64,000 bases of DNA from Octopus vulgaris (taxonomy: Eukaryota), in assembly GCA_951406725.2 (NCBI GenBank), contig OX597833.1, positions 58,466,001-58,530,000 of the forward strand, read 5' to 3'. The notes beneath the pieces are model-generated. The model had not been told where the DNA came from. It saw nothing but the letters and a program-made list of their open reading frames with translations, and did no database searches. The position numbers and the translations under genes are program-made. Shown here piece after piece: positions 51,530-64,000 of this stretch (position 1 is its first letter; each line of letters starts with the position of its first letter).

Positions 51530-52232
51530 ACTCTTTACTCTTTTACTTGTTTCAGTCATTTGACTGTAGCCATGCTGGAGCACCACCTTTAGTCGAGCAA
51601 ATCGACCCCAGGACTTATTCTTTGGAAGCCCAGTACTTATTCTATTGGTCTCTTTTGCTGAACTACTAAGTTACGGGAACATAAATACACCAGCAGCGGT
51701 TGTCAAGCGATGTTGGGGGACAAACACAAACACATAAACACATACATCATCATCATCGTTTAACATCCGCTTTCCTTGCTAGCATGGGTTGGACATATAT
51801 ATATATACATATTTATGACAGGCTTCTTTCAGTTTCCGTCAACCAAATCCACTCACAAGGCTTTGGTTGGCCCGAGGCTATAGTAGAAGACACAATCGCT
51901 CAAGATGCCATGCAGTGAGAATGAACCTATTTCTTTATTACCCACAAGGGGCTAAACATAGAGGGGACAAACAAGGACAGACATAGGTATTAAGTCGATT
52001 ACATCGACTCCAGTGCGGAACTGGTACTTAATTTATCGACCCCGAAAGGATGAAAGGCAAAGTCAACCTCGGCGGAATTTGAGCTCACAACGTAACGACA
52101 GACGAAATACTGCTAAGCAGTTCATCCGGCGTGCTAACGTTTCTGCCAGCTCGCCGCCTAATGCAGTGAGAATGAACCTGGAACCATGTGGTTGGTAAGC
52201 AAGCTTCTTACCACACAGCCACTCCTATGCCT
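51530..52232 (-). mobile_element. SINE B with nested SINE A (~51925-52158) and a family C fragment
   Basis: ATGCAGTGAGAATGAACCT duplicated on both sides of the family A insert. Confidence 0.85.
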
Positions 52233-52234
52233 AT

Positions 52235-52640
52235 ATATATATGAAAGATCCTGGAAGGTGTATCTCCCAACTTTGGAATTGAAAACTATATCAACCACCA
52301 AAATGGACAATACTGCATGATACCAAAGATCCCATCTTCTCCATCTCAAATAAGGACTCACCCAGTACTCTAACAGCTTGTGTTTCAGGGTCCGCAACAG
52401 TTCAACATCCTACCAAAAGAACCCCAGAGATTAGCGACATGTAGTTGTGGAGGTCTTCAAAGAGAAGTCTGGACAAATTTTTATCTGAAATCTCAGATGA
52501 ACCCACTTAACGGCCGGAGGCACAAGGGAGAGCGGCTCCGCTCAGCTCGCTGCTTCATGTAAAACAATACAGAAATAAAACTGAAACACACTGAAAGGCC
52601 GTACTCCAATTGCCCCTGCCTTTGGGTGAAACCAATTAAA
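52235..52640 (+). mobile_element. Degenerate CR1/Jockey LINE 3' fragment
   Basis: KILEGVSPNFGIE...CMIPKIP...FQGPQQFNILPK. Confidence 0.75.
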
Positions 52641-52663
52641 TATAAAAGACATGCATATATGTA

Positions 52664-52704
<41 letters not shown>

Positions 52705-52711
<7 letters not shown>

Positions 52712-53011
52712 TAAATTAGAGATAAAACCACTATTAGGCAAATCAAACAGTAAAAATCATAAGCCAATACATAGAAATACAATTAATTAAAAAATATAAA
52801 ATATAAATATAAAAAATATTTTTTATATTTATATTTTATATTTTTTTAATTAATTTTTTTTTACTATATATTGGCTTATGATTTTCAGTTTGATTTGCCT
52901 AATAGTGGTTTTATCTCTAATTTAATATAATATATATTTATACTATAAAATTGGATTTAATCCTAAATCTAATTTTTTCCTGTAAGTTTGGATTTACTCT
53001 CTAATATTATT

Positions 53012-53020
<9 letters not shown>
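52705..53020. mobile_element. Fold-back element family P
   Basis: ~110-bp inverted arms plus the family end; in (TA)n. Confidence 0.7.
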
Positions 53021-53047
<27 letters not shown>

Positions 53048-53049
<2 letters not shown>

Positions 53050-53470
53050 TCTTACTCTTTCTCTTTACTCTTTTACTTGTTTCAGTCATTTGACTGCGGC
53101 CATGCTGGAGCACCGCCTTTAGTCGAGCAAATCGACCCTGGGACTTATTCTTTTGTAAGCCCAGTACTTATTCTATCGGTCTCTTTTGCCGAACCGCTAA
53201 GTGACGGGGACGTAAACATATCAGCATCGGTTGTCAAGCAATGCTAGAGGGACAAACACAGACACACAAACATATACACACATACATACATATATATACA
53301 TATATACGACAGGCTTCTTTCAGTTTCTGTCTACCAAATCCACTCACAAGGCTTTGGTCAGCTCGAGGCTATAGCAGAAGACACTTGCCCAAGATGCCAC
53401 GCAGTGGGACTGAACCCGGAACCATGTGGTTGGTTAGCAAGCTACTTACCACACAGCCACTCCTGCGCCT
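53048..53470 (-). mobile_element. SINE family B, full length
   Basis: Matches the consensus. Confidence 0.9.
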
Positions 53471-53479
53471 ATATATATA

Positions 53480-53850
53480 TATAATTAATAATATCAAAGG
53501 GTAATCTGAAATATTAGAAATTTCCATTACCAGTGGCCTAGCGTGTAAAAATTTAGTCAATAGATTATATATTATTCATATAAATAGTGTACATTTAAAC
53601 ACTTAAGAAACATCCATCATAGGACTCCTTGCACGCTAGAGAGAACAGTTAAGAAGACTTCGCCTAGCAAATTATTTTATTTGCTAAAACAAAGTGTGAA
53701 ACCATTGGTCCTGGAGTTAGATGGTAAATGCTTTTATTTTTCCTTCCCTTCGAAATTTTATCCTTATTAATGGTTTGGAATTTAACTGTTCTCTCTAGCG
53801 TGCTAGGAGTCCTATGATGGATGCCTCTTATGTGTTTAAATGTACACTGT
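53480..53850. mobile_element. Fold-back element (arms 53587-53652 and 53782-53848)
   Basis: GTGTACATTTAAACAC...GAGAACAGTTAA and its reverse complement. Confidence 0.6.
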
Positions 53851-54189
53851 ATACATACATCCATCCATCCATAAATACATACATACATACACACATACAT
53901 ACATACATACATACATACATACATACATACATACATACATACGTACTTACATACATACGTACATACATACAAACATACATACATACATACATACATACAT
54001 ACATAACATACATACATACACACACACACATACATATATATACATACATACATACATACATACATACTTACATACATACATAAATCCATACATACATACA
54101 TACATACATACATAAATCCATACATACGTACGTACATACATACATACATACATACATACATACATTCTTGCCACTCCTAAATCAAATAT

Positions 54190-54580
54190 TCTCTTCTACT
54201 ATAGGCTCAAGGCCCGAAATTTTGGGGGAGGGGGCGAGTAGATTAGATCGACCCCAGTATGTAATTGGTACTTAATTTATCGACCCCGAAAGGATGAAAG
54301 GCAAAGTCGACCTGGGCGGAATTTGAACTCAGAACGTAAAAACAGACGAAACACCTATTTCTTTATTACCCACAAGGGGCTAAACACAGAGAGGACTGAC
54401 AAACAGATTAAGTCGATTATATCGACCCCAGTCATTACCTGGTACTTATTTAATCGACTCCGAAAGGATGAAAGGTAAAGCCGACCTGGGCGGAATTTGA
54501 ACTCAGAACGTAAAGACAGACGTTACACACGGCTGAGCATTTCGCCCGGCGTGCTAACGTTACAGCCAGCTCGCCGCCTT
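54190..54580 (-). mobile_element. SINE family A dimer
   Basis: Two cores. Confidence 0.85.
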
Positions 54581-55985
54581 TAATATGTCAAATATTGTCA
54601 TTTGCTCGTCTTCCGCATTTACTTCGTCTTAACTTGACTCGAACTTATGTCATTCTGTTCCCATTCTTTTCAGCGCCAAACCCCAACCATTCACTCCCAC
54701 GAAACACAACATTAACTGCAGACAGACACATTTAACACTGCTCGGGCCGCACATCTCTTTCTCTCTCGCTTGCTCGCTCACTCACTCTGCCAAGTTAAGC
54801 GCCTTTGTCCCACCACTATTACACACAGTCATACATAGACACGTCCACATTCACATCTACATCCACGCACACAGTCACACACTTTTCTTCCACCACTATT
54901 ACACACACACACATACATTCACATCCACGCACACACACTTTTCTCACACCACTATTACACACACACTCATTCACAACCACGCACATACACTTTTCTCCCA
55001 CCACTATTACACACAAACTCATACATAGACACGTCCACATTCACATATACACACACTCATTCACATCCACATCCACGACAACAGTCACACACTTTTCTCC
55101 CACCACTATTACACACACAAACACACTCATTCACATCCACACACACACAAACACACTCATTCACATCGACACACACACACAAACACATACACACACAGTG
55201 TTATACATAGACACATCCACACACACACTCATTCACATCCACGCACACAGTCACACACACTTTTCTCCCACCACTATTACACACACACACACACACACTC
55301 ATACATAGACACGTCCACATCCACATATTACACACACACACACTCATACACATCCACAGTCACACACACACACTTTTCTTTCCTCGCACTCACACCGTCA
55401 CTCAAGCAGCCTTCTCTCACTTACTACGACTACTTCGTGCTCACTCTTTCCTCCTCCCAACACTCCCTCTACAAGCCTACCTCCGCGACCACCACCACCA
55501 TCACCACCATCATCATCAATCTCCCAGACATTGGTCGCTCTCTCACTCACTCACTCACCGGCCGCCGACACAGATGTTTTTCGCTTTTAGTTTCTATATA
55601 TAACAGGCGTGCGTGTGTATAAAGATAACGGCAGTATTATTACTACACCCAATAATAATAATAATAGTAATTATAATAGTAATAATAATAATAAATTTTG
55701 CATTACTATTGTTGCCAGATAAGCGACGGATGAGGGGATATCACAGGGACAGATTACAAAAAGTATTGGAGTTTACACTGAGATCGGATGAACCTTTAAC
55801 TAACCTGAGCAAGAACAATGTTATAGCAGCTTTCATACCTTTCACTTTTATCTGAAAAAGACTCTCCGGAGACACATAAGCCATTCAAGACCATACATAT
55901 TCATTCACATAAACCACAAGACATACATACACACACACACACATATATATATATTTACATTAGTACACACGTACACCTCTGCCTG

Positions 55986-56076
<91 letters not shown>

Positions 56077-56152
56077 GTCTATCTTTCTGCCTGTCCTTAC
56101 ATTAAGTATACACAGACACACACTCATATATCTTTACATTAGTACACCTCTG

Positions 56153-56203
<51 letters not shown>

Positions 56204-56212
56204 GTCCATCTG

Positions 56213-56260
<48 letters not shown>

Positions 56261-56624
56261 CCCATCTATCTGTCTATCTATCTTTCTATCTCTCTCTCTC
56301 TCTCTCTATCTATCTGTCTGTCTATTCTTACATTAAGGACACACATACAAACATAAACACCTAGAAAACCATTAGCGTCAACCCCTACGAATTTTGTTCA
56401 TCTTCAGCATTTTCTTCTCTTCATCGCCAAGACTACTGCTGCTGTTTATCTCATCCCCCATCTCCATCACCACCACCACCACCACCACCATCCCCACCAC
56501 CACCATCATCAACATCATCATCACCACCAACATCATCACCATATAAATCAGTAACAATGTTCCCGTCCTGCCGTCTGTAGTAGATGTGGTTCTTCAGCCG
56601 GTCTCACCACCTCACATTGCCATC

Positions 56625-56697
56625 ATGGCTGCAAAGATCACCAGATTTCTTGCCTACTCCTTATTCAGGGTTGTCTTACCGTTAACTCTACTCATAG
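56625..56697 (+). CDS. Probable first coding exon (signal peptide) of an unidentified secreted or membrane protein
   Basis: ATCATGG start context; MAAKITRFLAYSLFRVVLPLTLLI (basic N-region then hydrophobic stretch); consensus AG|GTAAGT phase-1 donor. Confidence 0.55.
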
Positions 56698-56809
56698 GTA
56701 AGTCAATCAACCTTATATATCATTATTATTATCATTATTATTATGGTTATTATTATTATTATTATTTGTTATTAGGGAACAGTGAAATACCCTGTCTCAT
56801 AATATATAC

Positions 56810-58250
56810 ATACACACACACACACACTTCTGTATGTATATGTGTTTGTATATATGTGTGGATGTATGTATAATATGTATATGTGTTTGTATATATGTTG
56901 GATGTATGTATAATATGTATATATTCGTGGCTACACACACACACACACACACACACTTCTGTATGTATTTGTGTGGATGTATGTATAATATGTATATATT
57001 CGTGGCTGCACATACACACACACACACACTTCTGTATGTATATGTGTGGATGTATGTATAATATGTATATATTTGTGGCTGCACATACACATACACACAC
57101 ACACACTTCTGTATGTATATGTGTGGATGTATGTATAATATGTATATATTCGTGGCTGCACATACACACACACTTCTATATACATATTATACATACATCC
57201 ACACATATATACAAACACATATACATACAGAAGTGTGTGTGTGTATGTGCAGCCACGAATATATACATATTATACATACATCCACACATATATACAAACA
57301 CATATACATACAGAAGTGTGTGTGTATGTGTATGTGCAGCCACGAATATATACATATTATACATACATCCACACATATATACAAACACATATACATACAG
57401 AAGTGTGTGTGTGTATGTGCAGCCACGAATATATACATATTATACATACATCCACACATATATACAAACACATATACATGCAGAAGTGTGTGTGTGTATG
57501 TGTATGTGCAGCCACGAATATATACATATTATACATACACACACATATCTGCATGTATATGTGTTTGTATATATATGTGTGGATGTATGTATAATATGTA
57601 TATATATTCGTGGCTGCACATACACATACACACACACTTCTGTATGTATATGTGTTTGTATATATATGTGGATGTATGTATAATATGTATATATTCGTGG
57701 CTGCACATACACACACACACTTCTGTATGTATATGTGTTTGTATATATGTGTGGATGTATGTATAATATGTATATATTCGTGGCTGCACATACACACACA
57801 CACACTTCTGTATATATATATGTGTGTGGATGTATGTATAATATGTATATATTCGTGGCTGCACATACACACACACACACACTTCTGTATATATATATGT
57901 GTGTGGATGTATGTATAATATGTATATATTCGTGGCTGCACATACACATACACACACACACACTTCTGTATGTATATGTGTGGTTGTATGTATAATATGT
58001 ATATATTCGTGGCTACACATACACACACTTCTGTATGTATATGTGTGGATGTATGTATAATATGTATATATTCGTGTTTGTATAATATAATATGTGTTTG
58101 TATATATGTGTGGATGTATGTATAATATGTATATATTCGTGGCTGCACATACACACACACACAGACACACACACTTCTGTATGTATATGTGTTTGTATAT
58201 ATATATGTGGAAGTATGTATAATATGTATATATATATATTCGTGGCTGTA
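56810..58250. repeat. ~55-70-bp minisatellite with an internal inverted block (~57178-57540)
   Basis: Units with ATTCGTGGCTGCAC flank units with GTGCAGCCACGAAT. Confidence 0.92.
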
Positions 58251-59115
58251 ATTTCTTATGTTCACTTCCATTTCTCATGTTCTCGACTATTCGGCCACTA
58301 TATTTTTTTTCACCCCCCCTATTTATATCTGTTTTCATTATTCATTCATTGATTACCAATAATTTCTTCCATTCGTCACCAATCAACCACAAGTCCGTCT
58401 CCTTCACAAATCAAGTTTGTTTTGATTTTTAAGCAAGGAAACATTTGATATAATATAAAAAATTTGTGCCCCACTTAAAAGTCTGTTTGTTTATATACGT
58501 GTTTATATGTCTATGTTAACATAATGATGCAATTGTTATATATGTAAGTTACTGCTCAGGTGTGAATGAATTAAAAGAATTTCCAGGTGTGGATAAATTA
58601 GGAGAATTTCTAGGTGTGTGGAAAAGCACAACCCTAGAATTAAAAGGCTTTTTCTAACAGAAAGCCGATCAAACACCAAACTTTTCTTAAGAAAGAAGAC
58701 AATTTTATTTCCGTCTTCGAAGCGACTTAGGTTGAGGTGCAGAAAGGTGCAGCCAAGAATGCAGTACAGCATTGCTCCTTAAACATTTTCCTGGGCCTTG
58801 TCCCTTTGTCTTTTTACTTCAACAATCCCGTATAATATACAAGACCACTTGGCACCACCCTGCTCTAAGCATAGGTGGTACATATTTGTTTTTTATTGTA
58901 ATATACTTATTCATATGTCAATGTCCATTATAAGTATTACTGTTATTCCCCCGTGGTTGTTCTGATTGAGGTTATCGTAATATTACAGGTAACTTTTCGG
59001 AGAAACTATGACAAGTAGAAGTATTTGTTCAGCATTTTCTTAATTTTTTATTTTAATTTTTAAAATTCTTTTCCCATCTGAAGTGCTTATGTTTTTGTGT
59101 GCGTGTATGTATGTT

Positions 59116-59201
59116 GGCGGCGGTAAAGAATTACGCACACCACCCGTTTTCGGCGTAACCCTAACCACAAACATCGGGTGTGTGTAGTCTTTACCTTCGC
59201 C
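59116..59201. mobile_element. Small palindromic MITE-like element
   Basis: GGCGGCGGTAAAGAATTACGCACACC ... GGTGTGTGTAGTCTTTACCTTCGCC with internal TAACCCTAACC. Confidence 0.55.
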
Positions 59202-59339
59202 TGTATGTATTTGTGTGTGTATGCATGTATGTATGTATGTGTGCGTTTTGTATGCATGTGTGTATGTATATATGTGTATGTCTGTCTGTCTGTCTTTTAA
59301 AGATTAATATCTAAATAGGTGTCAAAGACTAAAAGAAAA

Positions 59340-59765
59340 AAAAGCTGCACAGATGCATCTGTAATCCCAACGGCCCCTTTTGTTCCCCCAGTGCCCAAAT
59401 ACAATTTCCCCCCCACCCCGCCCACTTTGAGAAGCACTTCCAATTTCAGTATACCGAAAAAAACCCTGCACTGCATGGTGCACAAGAACGGATGCAGCAA
59501 AGTCGCAGGCACGCTGACACCAAAAAGATTTCGTGTATAACAGAGGGGAGACGGGAGTAGTAGTCTGTAAGAGAGCACTGATGGTGATAAATTCTTGCCT
59601 GCTTCCGTTGCCTTGGTAACCGAATTAGCAGAAAGAGGAGAATGTTCCGAAAGCAATCATCGTGAGCCTTAGTAAGAACGGGGTTCCAAAAGTTTCATAG
59701 GGCTGTTGTTTACTTCTGTTATATAGCAGCCGCGGGATTTCTCTCTCTGTCCCCCGAACGAAAGG
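59340..59765. promoter_or_regulatory. CpG-richer unique segment with GC box, RFX X-box-like palindrome and TATA-like motif
   Basis: CCCCGCCC ~59416; GTTGCCTTGGTAAC 59607-59620; TATATAA on the minus strand ~59719-59725. Confidence 0.3.
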
Positions 59766-60529
59766 CAGGTTTATTATTATTATATGATGACGAGTGTACG
59801 AAAGTGTATTTATTGTATTATTGTAGTGAAAACATTGGCGTTGAATGATGTGGATGGAGTGTGTGTGTGTGTGAAAGCTGGGAAGAGATGAGGAGAGCAC
59901 ACACATCGTTGGATGCATGATTGACTGAACACAAATAAATTGAGGAAGAAAGAAAAGAAGTGTAAAAGGAATCACACACACAAAGACACACACATTTTGG
60001 TGTAATACAAGAACGAAGGCTGAATAGAGTGTCGTTGTAGGGCCCAGTACAATAAATATGTACGGTGTATGTGGATTTATTAAGGGGTATAAAATACCCG
60101 AGAACGAAGTAGTTGTTTCGATATAACTATCGATTCGAACTGTGCAGACTTTTTTTGCTTTTAACTAAATATAAATTTTCGTTATTATAAGCTGATATTG
60201 TTTGCCTTTTTCCTTCGTAAATTATAATAATTCTATATTTCTTTTTAGTTAACCCATATATATATATATATAACTGCGAAGTAATTAAGTATGCTTAAGT
60301 ACCGCATATGTGCCGAGTCCACATATACGCGGGTGCACTAGGTACGTATACGCTCGTACACACGCGCAGTTATATGTATACATAAACATACAATTATATA
60401 GATGTTCGTGCATATAAATATATATATATATATATATATAATAGTGGGACAACAATGCACCAATATTTACTGGAAATAGCAGTCGATAATATACGACGCT
60501 ATAGTAAAGCTTGACTGTATGTATGTATG

Positions 60530-60583
<54 letters not shown>

Positions 60584-60869
60584 GTGCAGTTGTAAATTGT
60601 AAAGCATAACTGTCACCACTACCACAGGAATCTGGAGATTGCATATTTTAATGCAGGAAAGCACCAGTTCAATCAGAATGGACATTTAATATTCTATCAT
60701 TTCATTATTTTATGTTATAATAAGATTGTATATAAAAAGTGAAAATCAAAGTTGGAATTTCTTTGAATTATATATACATGTATATTTTGGTGCAAACTGG
60801 AAAAATAGAACTCAAAATACGAATATATATATATTTTTATTCTGCTAATTATATATATATATATATATA

Positions 60870-61196
60870 TTGTCAATAATAACAAAGGGTAAAATTAATT
60901 AATTAAGAAGTAATCAGTAATTTCACCAAGTAGAATTCGGCATGAAAAAAGGACAATTTCACGGTAAACTTAAGTAATACTTTATAAATTAGGGTTCAGC
61001 AAAGATTTGCTTTACCACATACCGAAGTTTAGAAATAGCAGCCAAAAAAACCTTAGCTATTTCTTCTACTGCGTGGATTGTTTTCAAGCATTTTGGTTTT
61101 TCTGGGAGTCCCTTTTTAAAGTAGAAGTTTTTTTGGCTGCTATTTCTGAACTTCGGTATGTGGTAAAGCAAATCTTTGCTAAACCCTAATTATAAA

Positions 61197-61200
<4 letters not shown>
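60870..61200. mobile_element. Fold-back element in (TA)n
   Basis: Arms ~60987-61051 and ~61127-61192. Confidence 0.65.
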
Positions 61201-61234
<34 letters not shown>

Positions 61235-61264
61235 TGAAAGATGGGGAGGGTGGAAGTGACTTAA

Positions 61265-61660
61265 CCTTTTTATAATACAAAGTAGCCAGCACTTCGTTAA
61301 TTTAGCAGTCAGGTGAATACACTAGCCAGGAAGACATTATTCTCATTAAGGAACGTGATTGACAGCGTGCAAATGCTAAGTCATTCGAAGGCGAAGAATT
61401 TGTCACCCAGCATAGATTAGTGGTTTGCGATTTCATAATATCTGGATGAGCTGTGAGATGCAAATCCCTCTGGAGATAGAAGATATGGATGTTGGAAGAA
61501 CCATTTTGGTCCAGTCATTGGTTAAGAGAAATTCTAGTTGATGGTTATGACAGAAAAGAGGCACAAGATATGGACCTTACAGCAGAGGGGAAACTATGGG
61601 TTGGTGTTTGGATCTGTGGGTGGTGCAAGATGACATCATGGTAGTGCGAAGATAGAACTA
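61265..61660 (+). mobile_element. Degenerate RTE endonuclease-region fragment
   Basis: NAKSFEGEEFVTQHRLVVCDF. Confidence 0.6.
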
Positions 61661-61761
61661 TGAAAGCAAAAGACAATATATAATGTCCTGTCCTGTGGTT
61701 CTTGTGTCGTCTCCTAGGTGTTTCACATTCTTGTCCCAGTTTGTATATATTTTTTACTTTT

Positions 61762-61796
<35 letters not shown>

Positions 61797-61937
61797 GTGA
61801 TTATTTGGTAAGCGATGCCGATTTTACACTTCTGTAAATAATAATAATAATAATAATAATAATCATATTTTATAAGCTTAAAGCTTATATGCGGTCACCA
61901 TGCATTAACTAAGATAAAGAGTCTTATATATATTATA

Positions 61938-62456
61938 TAGAAACACTGCCAGATCAGACTGGAGCCTGGTGCAGCCTCCTGGCTTCCCAGACCCCAGTTG
62001 AACCGTCCAACCCATGCTAGCATGGAAAGTGGACGTTAAACGATGATGATGATATGTATATATATATATGTTAGCTAGGAGTTGCTGTGTGGTAAGTAGC
62101 TTGCTAACCAACCACATGGTTCCAGGTTCAGTCCCACTGCGTGGCATCTTAGGCAAGTGTCTTCTGCTATAGCCCTGGGTCGACCAATGCCTTGAGAGTG
62201 GATTTGGTAGACGGAAACTGAAAGAAGCCTGTCGTATATATATATATATATGTGTGTGTTTGTCTCCCTAGCATTGCTTGACAACCGATGCTGGTGTGTT
62301 TACGTCCCCGTCACTTAGCGGTTCGGCAAAAGAGACCGATAGAATAAGTACTGGGCTTACAAAGACTAAGTCCCGGAGTCGATTTGCTCGACTAAAGGCG
62401 GTGCTCCAGCATGGCCGCAGTCAAATGACTGAAACAAATAAAAGAGTAAAAGAGTA
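61938..62456 (+). mobile_element. Family C tail followed by a full-length SINE B
   Basis: Consensus matches. Confidence 0.85.
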
Positions 62457-63056
62457 TGTCATTATCATTTTAATGTTCATTCTGCTATGCTTGCCGTGGG
62501 TCAGATGGAGTTTATCGAGATAGATTTTTCCTGTTGTCAAAACTTACTTGTTTTCTTTGCAAGTTACTGTTTCTCCTTGGTCGGACATGTCTTCACGAAA
62601 TATCGGCGACGAACGACACTGCTTCTATGACAGTGACACTCATTTACAACTTTCACGTGATGTCCAGACAAAGCCCCCCCCCAACACACACACACACATG
62701 CACGCATACACGCGCGACAGGCTTATTCCAGTTTCTGTCAATCAGATCCACTTGCAACGCTTTGATTATCCTGGTGCTTTGGGATATGTCCTACATGCCA
62801 CACAGTGGGACCGAACTTATAACCATGTATGTATATGTATATATATATATCTTGGGCTGGCCAGATTGGAGCAATCTCAAGATTAATCAGCTGAAATTGT
62901 GAGGATGATCTGGTTCTTGACTGACGATAAAAGGCTTCAAATGACCCATCCTTGTTTTTTGGTATCATCTATCTGGATGTTTTGTTGTCCCTTTTTATAT
63001 CACCTAGTTGTCCAGATGTTTTGCGTTCTTGTCCCATTTTGTATATATATATATAT

Positions 63057-63845
63057 AGCCTCGAGCCGACCAAAGCCTTGTGAGTGGATTTGGAAGACGG
63101 AAACTGAAAGAAGCCTGTCGTATATATGAATATATATATGTGTGTGTATATGTTTGTGTGTCTGTGTTTGTCCCCCCAACATCACTTGACAACCGATGCT
63201 GGTGTGTTTACGTCCTCGTAACTTAGTGGTTTGGCAAAAGCGACCGATAGAATAAGTACTAGGCTTACAAAAGAATAAGTCCTGGGGTCGATTTGCTCGA
63301 CTAAAGGCGGTGCTCCAGCATGGCTACAGTCAAATGACTGAAACGAGTAAAAGAGGACTAATATCTGAGTCTTTGCAACACTATCTGGAGTTGTTCGAAG
63401 TGGTTGATTTTCTGGGACATATATGCATATTCTTGTTATAGGCGCAGGAGTGGCTGTGTGGTAAGTAGCTTGCTAACCAGCCACATGGTTCTGGGTTCAG
63501 TCCCACTGCGTGGCATCTTGGGCAAATGTCTTCTACTATAGCCCCGGGCCGACCAATGCCTTGTGAGTGGATTTGGTAGACGGAAACTGAAAGAAGCCCG
63601 TTGTATATATGTATATATATATATATGCGTGTGTGTTTGTGTGTCTGTGTTTGTCCCCCTAGCATTGCTTGACAACCGATGCTGGTGTGTTTATGTCCCC
63701 GTCACTTAGCGGTTCGGCAAAAGAGACCGATAGTATAAGTACTGGGCTTACAAAGAATAAGTCCCGGGGTCGAGTTGCTCGACTAAAGGCGGTGCTCCAG
63801 CATGGCCGTAGTCAAATGACTGAAACAAGTAAAAGAGAATGAGAA
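63057..63845 (+). mobile_element. Two SINE B copies (63057-63355 truncated; 63440-63845 full)
   Basis: Consensus matches. Confidence 0.9.
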
Positions 63846-64000
63846 AGAGAATAGAAAATGATCTCTCACAGATGCCTTTAATGCTTAGGTTTGGGTAGAT
63901 CTGCAAATTACTGTTCATGATGTCATATCCTGCTTGTGGCATTTCTGTGAAAAGCCAGAAGTACTTCATACCCAAGTGGTTTACAGTTTTTACAAAGAAG

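Noticed and set aside
59297-59656. 119-aa (-) and 73-aa (+) ORFs
   Set aside because: Non-ATG starts, no recognisable domain and no convincing splice sites
62921-62950. CTGACGA hammerhead core
   Set aside because: No stem II followed by GAAA; CTGAAGA at ~44837 fails the same way

Overview
AT-rich, microsatellite-dense eukaryotic DNA. The SINE families and repeat landscape look like an octopus/cephalopod genome (inference). Almost all ORFs in the supplied track are microsatellite or repeat artefacts. Real coding content is sparse: the last exon of an SLC16/monocarboxylate-transporter-like gene (3443-3711, +), an intronless SQOR (sulfide:quinone oxidoreductase) copy with a frameshift and a missing C-terminus (41253-42457, -), and a probable signal-peptide first exon of an unidentified gene (56625-56697, +). 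The rest is SINEs (4-5 families), CR1- and RTE-type LINE fragments, a Gypsy gag-pro relic, several MITE families and Penelope-like fold-back elements. The main unexplained theme is chimeric retrocopies in which a cellular RNA sits co-oriented in front of a SINE/LINE tail: SQOR mRNA + 155-nt x2.8 + SINE, tRNA-Ser + SINE trimer (11-bp TSD), tRNA-Asp + SINE, and 5S rRNA + LINE-type tail. There are also several hammerhead-ribozyme-like motifs, one inside a tRNA-headed element, and a structured RNA at an RTE 5' end. All calls were made by eye; repeat boundaries are approximate.
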